Of a DNA stretch of 64,000 nt, positions 54,404-64,000 are shown one piece after another; the stretch's first letter is position 1; every line of letters begins with the position of its first letter. The position numbers were made by a program, and so were the translations under genes. The notes beneath the pieces were generated by a model. It worked only from the letters and a program-made list of their open reading frames with translations. It searched no databases and had not been told where the DNA came from. This DNA comes from Rhizophagus irregularis. Lineage: Eukaryota. The stretch lies in contig NC_089429.1 of the NCBI RefSeq assembly GCF_026210795.1, positions 1,736,001 to 1,800,000 on the forward strand, given 5' to 3'.

Positions 54404-57095
54404 AAAAAAAACTCTTTCCCCTTTTTTTATTTTGTTAGTATTCCGCAGTAAAAGCGTTAAGTTTCTCATTTTCAGTTTTCTAAGAAAACTTCAAGGGGGA
54501 GGAGGCCCTAGCGGGCGCCTCTGTCGCATACGAGGTTTTTCGTTCTTATTATACCCAAACTCAAGGGACTATGTCTACTTCTTCTCAAAACAAAAATGTC
54601 GTTTGTCATATTGACATAGACTTCTCCTCTAACACCTATCATGGTTTCAAATATTGTAATGACTATCAAGTCAATAGTGACCATTATGAAGATTACCTTC
54701 CTTGTAACGACATAACGACACCCTTCATGAAGATAATTCTTCTCCCAGACTTCCTTCCGTTACTCATAATATTCCTTTACAAAATGATAATTCTTTTCTC
54801 ATTTCGTTCAAGAAATTTCACGTGGTCAAAATTAAAAAATCAGGTTCACGAATTTAGACGTTCAAAAAGTTTCTTTTTGAGATTGCTGATCAAATTCCGG
54901 ACACCAATCAAATTCACTTAATGATACACACAAACGACTATCTCATGTCAACTAAACCAATTAGTTATAACAAACTCAGCTTTCAAATTAGCAAAGTCCT
55001 TCAGCATTTTTTTTCAGCACAAAGAGTTATTCCTTGACGTATTCAGTCGAAATACTTTAAATTAATTAAGAAAAAACTATTGGAACAGATTACATTTATT
55101 AAATCACGTGAATCAAATCTGATGAATTTTTCATATAAGAAATATCGTTTTCACTTTGGAATTTTTATCCTCTGCAATCATACAATTGTTGATAAACACC
55201 TCCCTGGTTTTAAATCATTTTGTACAGTTCCAAGTCCTATCGTTATGTCACAAAATAGGCATGGATGTGGTATTCACTTTCACCAAAACAATCAAACTAT
55301 ACTAGGTTTTAAAGTACGAAAAAATACATCTTTTATATGGTGATCTAATGAAGACGCTCCGGTCGTAATCTAATCTCACCCAATCCTGGGAAACAGAACA
55401 AATCTACACACGCAAACATACTACACCATCGATGGAAGTATAAGGAAACTAAAACCATTACTCTCTTCGAACAGGTATTTCTTATACGTCGCATTATTCA
55501 GCATGCAACACGTCTGATATCTTTAAGACAGGTCATCATCATATGTATAGCTGGCAACTTGCGAATTTCCAACTTGCACGCAGTTCCAACCCTGTACCGC
55601 TAAAAGACAAAAGACGCGTTTTGAGCGTTCCTGTCACAGAGTGTTCAATAATAGGGTTATTTGACCTGGTACCGAATATACTGATTCACAGAAGTTAAAC
55701 ACGGCTTGTAAATATGGTTTTTTTTTACAGAATCCCAAAAAATCTACAAAAGGATTGGTCACCTCTCTACAAAAAAGCTCGTATTGCTCCTCTTATTGAA
55801 GACTATCCATTCAATATTCCTCATGGCTTTATGGCACCTTTACCTCAGCCTGAGGTTGGTATCGATAATTTATTAGAATCAGTGGTTGATATGGCTATGA
55901 TTATTGAACCTACAAAAGATGACTTAGTAGTTCATACAGTTTCTCCATACTGTCCAGTGCCAGATATATTTATTCCTCATAAATATCGAAACATCATCCC
56001 GCCTAATCCATTATTTGACGATAACGACTCTTTTATTACTCCCGGGTCACAAGAATGGTTCACCTTTATGTACAATTTAGAAAAGAATATGTCTCAAGAA
56101 GATCGTGCGATAGCTATAGAAGCTATAGTTTACGAAAAACATGTCGATCTCAGAAGACTGTTGGAAGATAATGAACGCGAAAGACTCAAAAAAGAGCAAG
56201 ATGCAATCATTCAAGCTCACGATGAAGCGCAACGATTAAAGAACGTACAACAAGCCTTATACCATGGCACGACTCCGAAATATTTGCCTTGGCGCACTGG
56301 TCTTTCAAACAAACTTACAAGTTATTTCATAGTGATCAATCTCGCAAACGAGACGCTCACCTTTATTATCATAAAACACGTCCTCAGTCGTCAGGGATTC
56401 TCTATAGTCACAAAAGTTCTATGAGTAATTTTGGAGTGAATTATAATCATTCTCTTTTACGTTCACATTGATATACAAATGAACCTCGCAGCTCAGTATA
56501 TGCAGATATACATTCTCCTTACACTTTCGATGACAGCAAATTAATAGAGTCACGCCCTAACAAACGTGACGTAGATCACAATCGTGATCCCTATGATCTC
56601 ATTTATCGAAAACCATCCCGTCAAGATTCTTTATCCGTCTTTGACTCCACGGTGGCAGGTTCCGTTAAATAGTTACAAATTGGTTTCTTTATTAGTTTTA
56701 TATATTTTATATTTTTTTCTTTTTTTAGGAGTCATATATATTTTCTTTTTTTTTTCATATATTTTTTTATATAGTTTTATCTATTTCTAGTTTGGTTATT
56801 ATACCTATAGGATACTTATTTTTTAAACAATTAGAATAGTGTGAACCATTCCACTTCTGACAGTATTTACAAGTGGCGACTTATGTCGAAAGAAAAATAC
56901 GGATCTTTTTTTTTAATTAGGTTGTTTCTGTTTAGAGTCGGGTTTTCTCTAAACAGCTCCCTTTTTTAATACTAGTTAGGACCTGTCTTTGTAAGTCTAG
57001 GTGAAGTTCTATATTGTACCTCATTTTTTTACTTTGTTAATTTATGATCTTCAATGTAGTCCTCCTGGCTAGCCATAAAATAAAATAAAATAAAA
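54404..57095 (+). mobile_element. Retroposed (LINE-mobilised) element carrying a fragmented ORF without recognisable RT
   Basis: TSD-like TAGACATCGGGTTCCAC (54387-54403) / TAGACATTGGTTCCAC (57096-57111); (TAAAA)4 tail; broken, apparently intronless coding region 54571-~56690. Confidence 0.75.
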
Positions 57096-59027
57096 TAGAC
57101 ATTGGTTCCACGAACCAGTACGAGTCAGACCGTTCTGACATTCATAATTCCGGCCGGAATTATATGATCATTCCCTTTTTTTTTTTTGGAAATATGTAAC
57201 GTCACGTGATCAGGTTTAGCTAAACTGACTTTCTGAGTTCAGCGTCGACTCTCCGTTCGTTCCACTTGAGCTGCTCGGCTCGGCTCAAAAATGGTTCCTC
57301 CAAAACCGACTTGAGTCACTCAATTTGGAAGTTTTTCCATCCCTATCTATAATCACGCGTCCTCAGCTTCAAACCCCTTTTCCTTGTAAAAAATATTGGT
57401 CCGTGTTATCATTCCATGCTTTTTTCCGTGAATGTATCATTTTCACGAAATTTTTATTGAAATTACAGAGAAATAATGGAAATTATACTTTTCGTCAAAA
57501 TGACAAAATACTAATTAAATTTATTTTGACAGACGTAATGTATTTTGACAGACGTAATTAATTTATAGTAATTTTATAATAAATAGTGAATTGGTCCGTT
57601 TGCCGAAATATGACGTAATTAATTAGCGGAGAAGTATAATGGAAATATTCGGATAGAAATTTTTTATATGGTTTTGTTCTTTTGTTATTTTCTGCTCCAC
57701 TTAAACTTTAATAAGAAATAAATATTCGTAAAAAAGTAGTAATTAACAGTTAAGGAATAATATAATGTTCTCATTTATATTAAAAGAAGCAGTAATAATT
57801 TTATTTTTAAACAACAAAGAATACTTAAATTTTCTTTGTACATTCAACAAAATGCTGCAATTCCAACAACTGTCAAAAAATAATATTGATCTACCGCGTG
57901 AAATATATAAAAGTCTTGTTGATTATGGCCTAAATAAATAACGATATTAGGCAAAAGTTAATGCATTATTGGTGAGTTGAATTTGAAAGAACATGGAACA
58001 AGCATGATGAAGATTCTTTTTTTTTTAGTAAAAAGGTGGCTTTTGGAGAAGTCCTATTAAATTATATTTCAAAAAGAAATCCAAAGATTTCTTGGATTTT
58101 AACTAAGCTATGGAATACACTGTCAAACTCAGTTCAAAATTCGTGAGATTAGAAATATGATTATTTAAAATGCATCTATTAAATTGTATCTACTAGAATA
58201 CTAGTACATTTTTTAGTGCCAAATATTTTATGAAATATTATATTTACTTAGTACACCTATTTATTAAAAATTTCATACCTATTTATATAAAAAAAATTAA
58301 CACTTAAATTAACATACTTATTTATAAAGTATTACATTTTTTAATATATTTATTAATTTTTTTTTATTTTTTATAAACTTAATAATATCAACAATTCAAA
58401 GTTCAAATATAAGAGTTTTGCTAGACTATTGATTAATTGAAACAATAAAAATTTGTGGCAATGGTATATAGACCGTAATTATAATGACTTTCTGATTCAA
58501 TTAATAAAGATGCGTGTCTTGAATTAGGTTTTTTCATAACTGACAAAGATTTCGCTCATATCTCTGCTGCCCAGTGCGTATAGAACAATATTAAAATGCC
58601 ATTGTGTTTTTAACTAACAAGCAATATGAAAGCCACATCAAAGGACGCTTAAATCGTGTTATTGGAACCAGACATAATATTTAATTCTTAAATTAAATAA
58701 TTCTAAGGATTTATATATATATAACATTACTTTGAATTTCCATTTAAGGACAATTGTTAATGTTGTCTTTTAAAACTTTGCAAATAAGTAATAATGTTTC
58801 TTTCAAATTTATAAATTATTAGAATGCAAATGCTCACAAATTATCATTTACAAGGAATATTAAGTTTGCTACTTTATTTATTACATACTACTTATCAATA
58901 GTAATATTCAAAAATATACTGTATTAAAATTTCTTTTTACAATTTACATTGCATCATTTCAAATAATTTCATTTATTCATAATAATAAAAATATAATATT
59001 TTATTTGCAAATCATAAAAATTCATAA

Positions 59028-60620
59028 TTAATACATTTCACTTATAAAATCATCAACTTTAATACATAAGTCATTATAATCTTTAACTTGAATACCATGA
59101 AATTTAAATTCTTTTACTTCATTTTTTAAATCAAACAGACCTTTACAATTCTTATTATTCAAAATATTATCGATAGCTAAATATGTAACCCTTTTTTCTT
59201 TCATAACGTATTTTTTAATACAAGGTAATAACATTTCTTCACTATTTAGATATTTCAGATTTTTGATTAATAATTTCTTAATAAAAATATTTTGTGAATT
59301 TTTAAAAAAAACTTCCAAATCATTTATATTGTATTTAAGCTCTAATCTTAAATATTCTAATCTATAAGGAAGAATTTGTCCTAAATTTTCTAATATAAGT
59401 TTAGAATTTATGATTAATTGTAAATGAAGATAATTAAGATTTTGTTGAATATTTTTAATTAAATCCAATACTAAATAAATATTTAGATCTTCTTTCAAAC
59501 CAAATATACTTAAAAATTTGATATTGTTACAATAAATTTTGAATAATTCATATAATTGTAACTTATTATCTATTGAGTTAATTCCAACATTTTCTAAGTA
59601 ATTACCAGACTTTTGTAACAATAATTTTAATAATTCAATTTGTAATAAAGAATTATCATATATAAACAAAGATTTCAATTTAAATGGTTTAGTTAGATTA
59701 ATAACTTGCTGAATAAAAGTAGAATCTAAAGAACAATAATAAAGAATATGAATAGATTCTAAAACATTTAGTTTTTCAAACATTTCATTAAAATTAAACC
59801 TCGATAACCGATTTGCAGAAAATATAATTGTTTTTAAAGTATTTGAACAATTAAAAAATTCTACATTATTTAAATAGTAACCATTAAAATAAAAAAAAAT
59901 CTTTTTGAGATTTTGTTGTAAATCGATCAGTTTGGATATATCTTTTTCAACAGGATTTCTTAATGAATCAATATAAAGTGATGAAATTGAAGTGCAACTA
60001 ATATATAAACATTTTATAAGTGATGTTACATTATCATAATAATTATAACAAAGTAAATAAATTTTTAGGTTTTTAATATTACAAACAAAATTTGGATTTT
60101 GTAGGATTAATTGAATGGTAGAATTAAAGCAATCACTATTTATTTTATTTAAAGTACGATCGTCGAATTCAAAAGTATGTAAATTAACTTCATTTTCAAT
60201 AAATATTTTGATTAATGCTAAGAAAATAAGATTTAAAAATCTCACAAAGTTTGAATCTATTTTATTTGCAGCCCATGATTCAATATAGTTGCATACATTA
60301 TATGTATCTAAACATTTAATAAAACTAGGATAATTAAATAGTGTATTTGAAGGAAATAATGAATAAGTACTAATACAATATTCATTTAATTTTATTTTGT
60401 CATTTTCACTTATTTTATGTAAGTAAATTTCAATAAAGTGGTAATTTTTAGGTAAATTCTTTGAAAATGGATTCTCCCACAATAATGGAATTGCCAAACG
60501 ACACCATAATCTATTAACTAAAATACATGAATGTAATGCCGAAAAGTCATTCCGAAAATATTGTATAATTTCATTTGTTAATTCAGGTAGATCTCCTGAA
60601 AATATTTTTGAACATGCCAT
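59028..60620 (-). CDS. F-box/LRR-like protein, ~530 aa (start at MACSKIFSG)
   Basis: Intact ORF; family alignment places the ATG at 60620 rather than the TTG at 60668. Confidence 0.9.
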   Translation of the reverse strand: MACSKIFSGDLPELTNEIIQYFRNDFSALHSCILVNRLWCRLAIPLLWENPFSKNLPKNYHFIEIYLHKISENDKIKLNEYCISTYSLFPSNTLFNYPSFIKCLDTYNVCNYIESWAANKIDSNFVRFLNLIFLALIKIFIENEVNLHTFEFDDRTLNKINSDCFNSTIQLILQNPNFVCNIKNLKIYLLCYNYYDNVTSLIKCLYISCTSISSLYIDSLRNPVEKDISKLIDLQQNLKKIFFYFNGYYLNNVEFFNCSNTLKTIIFSANRLSRFNFNEMFEKLNVLESIHILYYCSLDSTFIQQVINLTKPFKLKSLFIYDNSLLQIELLKLLLQKSGNYLENVGINSIDNKLQLYELFKIYCNNIKFLSIFGLKEDLNIYLVLDLIKNIQQNLNYLHLQLIINSKLILENLGQILPYRLEYLRLELKYNINDLEVFFKNSQNIFIKKLLIKNLKYLNSEEMLLPCIKKYVMKEKRVTYLAIDNILNNKNCKGLFDLKNEVKEFKFHGIQVKDYNDLCIKVDDFISEMY

Positions 60621-62736
60621 AGTGAATAAGAGGAAAAGGAGAGAATGTTTCTGTTTTAAAATTTTCAAACAAAGTTATATAATTTTCGGAGTTAGTAATT
60701 CCGATATTGAACACAACAGACAAATATTTGTAGATCCCACTACACGTGATCTATATATTTGGCCTGTCCGGCGTCCGCACTCAACTTCAAAACATTTTTG
60801 TTGGTTTTCCGTTTTTTCTTTAAACTTTAAAAAGAAATAAATATTCGTCAAAAAGTAATTAACAGTTAAGAAAAAATACAATGTTTCATTTATATTAAAA
60901 GAAGTAACAATAATTTTATTTTTTAAAAGAAAGAAAAATTATCATTGTACATGATCTACTTCCGCGTGAAATACTGAATATCAATATTGGGCAAAAGCTA
61001 TGCATTATTGGTTAGTTGAACTTTTTTTCTGCAAAAAAGATGGCTTTTGGAGAAGTCCTATAAAATTCTGGTTTTTATGCTTCATACAAGAAAAGGAGGT
61101 GTAGCTATTCAGTATCATTTTCTTAATATTTTACTAATTCCAATAAATAATTTAGAATATTTATAAAAGACCTTTTTTTAAAAAAAAAATTAGTAACGCG
61201 TTTATTAATTATGCTCATATCTGATTATACAAACACCTAGAAAATAATATAAAATATATTACCCTCTATAACTAACCGATCTATTCTAAAATTGTGATAA
61301 ATTTAAAAATTAAAATTTGTTAATTTTCAAAAATCTATCTTGTGTATATATTTATAAAAGACCCAAAATCTTTGAAGGTGATAATTTACTTGAAGATAAT
61401 GGCTCACAAGTTTATGAGAAATTGTATGACAGGCTAATTAACACAACGGAAAAATATTTGGTTCTTAAAGGCAATGTTTGAAATGTATCGTTAATCTTTT
61501 ATCTAATTAGATTATACTGTATTTATTTTAATTGGGATAGACTAACGAAGCAAGGGAAATTTAAGATGAGTAAAAGAGATTGAAAACAATTTTAAACCAA
61601 TGGATTACATTATATAACGCAAACGACATGTCTTGAACATTAAGAGATGATGCTCAGCAGGTCAGGTGTGAGAGTACCAAAATAATGTTTTTACCAATTT
61701 AACTTTTAAATATTTGTAAAATTTAAACTCTAAATAATTTGTATTGACACACTATAATGTACAATAATATTTACTGTGCATGATAATTTCAGCACTTAAT
61801 TAACCAAGGGAGTTTTCACCAATTAAGTGGTTTAAATTTTTAATGAATTTAGAAACATTCAGAATTTGAATTATACTAAGTTAGTTTAACGAAAATTTCC
61901 TTATTTTTTTTTGTAATGACATTTAACATTTGACATTTTTCATTGTAAAATGCTTTATTTTTTATAAAAAATTATTACATATAAATCTGTAAATTTATTT
62001 TCAACGTAATAATATCATCATCAATAAATTTCAATGGTTGGTAAAATCAAATGTACTATATTAATTCATTATAAATCAATATAAGCCTAAATTATAAGTA
62101 AAACCGTTATAACAGCTATTTTCATCGAAAATTATTTATCTGTTATTGATAAAAAATGAAAAAAAAAATCGTAATGTTAACTTTTAAATAAAATTTGATT
62201 ATTACAATAAATACTTCATGAGACTTTTATTCAATAACAACTTCAATAAATAATTTCAAAATATTGTAGTTAATTATTATGTTAGTATATATTGTATGAA
62301 GGTTTGATAAAAAAAAAAAAGAATTTCTAATTCTTTTATTTTAAAATACGCTTCACAGTTAAGTAAAATTTTTCTCAAATAATTAAATCCTCAAATTTTT
62401 TTAATTTTTTTTCATTACCCATATTAGGCTATAACAGCTATTAATTCCTTCATAATTTCTATAATTTGTACGAAAATAAGAAATGTCAGATGAGATGATA
62501 ATCAGTTTCGAAACAATATTTTTTTTGTACGAAGTTTATATTGTACAATTACTAAATTAATAATGGCGTTTGCCTGTTTGTCTAAAAAAAATTTTTTTAT
62601 TTGTAGCATTTCATTATTTGTGTAATAGTTAATGTGGTATCACAACTGTCACATAATAAAAGGTCAATCAGCGGGTTTAGCGGTTACACCATTTTTTCGA
62701 TTGTTTACAAATTATTAAACACACTTCATAATAATT

Positions 62737-64000
62737 ATGTCCACTATTCGAAGAGAACTAATAAGTGCAGCACTTAATAGAGCATTTACATCTCTTGACT
62801 ATAGCATGATCAATAACTTTCATGAAGATTATGAATTTAGGAAACAAATACTTCTTGCTGATAATTCTCTTACAGAAGAGGAAAAAACTGAAGCAATAAG
62901 ATTAAATAATAGAGATTATGATCGAGATAAAATTAAGTATAATTCAGGGACAAGAAGAGTTTGTGAAAATTGTAACCAAAAATGTTTAGCTACATTATAT
63001 TGTGAATTTTGTGTTCAAAATTATTTAAAAGTTAATTTATCAAATTGGACATCTGGAAATAATGATATTGATAATTTAATAAAAAATTGTCAAATGGAAA
63101 CACTTAGACCAAATGTTATTATTGAATGGATCCCATATAATAATTTACAAAATATTGAATATCTAACAAGAGGCGGTTTCTCTAAAATTTATATAGCAGA
63201 TTGGATTTATGGAAGATATGAAGAATGGGATTCTAAAGAACGAAAATTAATAAGATTTGGAACAATTAAAGTAATACTTAAACAATTAGAAAATGTTGAA
63301 AATGCAAGTCAAAGTTGGTTTGAAGAGGTTTGTAATCTAAAAAAATTTGATATTTTCTCTATTTATAAGAAACTAAAATTTAAAATCATCCTTTATATAT
63401 AGGCTAAATCACATTTAACAATAAGTAACAAATATGCTGAGATTGTTCAATGTTTTGGTTTAACACAAAATCCATCAAATGGAAATTATATGCTTGTTAT
63501 AAGGAAATGTGATGTAAATTTAAGAGAATATTTACAACAAAATCATAATCAACTTATATGGAATGAAAGAATTAAAATTACTTTTTTAATAATTAATGCA
63601 CTTTATAATATTCATGAAGAAAATTCAATTCATAGAGATTTGCATTCTGGAAATATATTATATTCACAGTTTAATAATTCCTGGCGTATTAGTGATCTTG
63701 GATTTTGTGGTCCTGCAAATAGATCATCAACAAGCATTTATGGAAATCTTCCTTACATAGCTCCTGAAGTTATTAATGGAAAAGGCTATACTTTTAAATC
63801 TGATATTTATAGTATTGCAATGCTTATGTGGGAAATTTCATTTGGACAGCCTCCATTTATGAATTATGAACATGATTGTATTTTTGCAATTAATATCATT
63901 GATGGTATAAGACCAAAAATTATATCAGAAATTCCTTCCGAATTTAAAAGTCTAATGGAATAATGTTGGGATGCTAATCCATTAAAAAGGCCTGATATTA
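62737..64000 (+). pseudogene. TKL-like protein kinase with in-frame stop at 63961 (runs off window end)
   Basis: Exon 62737-63327, intron 63328-63402; motifs GGFS, VILK, HRDLHSGN, DLG, APE; TAA followed in frame by CWDANPLKRPD (subdomain XI). Confidence 0.75.

Noticed and set aside
54490..54540. Possible HDV-like ribozyme at the retroposon 5' end
   Set aside because: Only a simple hairpin is visible; the nested double pseudoknot could not be built by eye
57210..57345. hAT-like end ...CCATCCCTA with GAGC/GCTC motifs; similar motif clusters at ~6040, ~7120-7530, ~21890 and ~22410
   Set aside because: No matching partner TIR or TSD found, so boundaries cannot be supported

Overview
Very AT-rich, intron-containing eukaryotic DNA. 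The gene families (single-exon F-box/LRR-like 'MACSKIFSGDLPEL' genes, TKL-type kinases, RNF213-like remnant) point to an arbuscular mycorrhizal fungus (Glomeromycotina, Rhizophagus-like); this is inferred from family recognition, not a search. The window holds five intact F-box/LRR-like genes, one frameshifted copy and one fragment, two protein kinase genes, a disrupted bromodomain + PD-(D/E)XK-like nuclease fusion gene and an RNF213-like pseudogene. These sit among many mobile elements: a three-level nest of hAT/Tc1-type non-autonomous elements; a 6.4-kb foldback-like element with ~1.2-kb inverted arms enclosing a gypsy gag remnant; two inverted copies of a 60-bp-satellite-bearing, Helitron/Helentron-like element, each upstream of an F-box gene; and a 2.7-kb RT-less retroposed element with TSD and (TAAAA)n tail. 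No rRNA, tRNA or CRISPR array was seen. All coordinates were read by eye.
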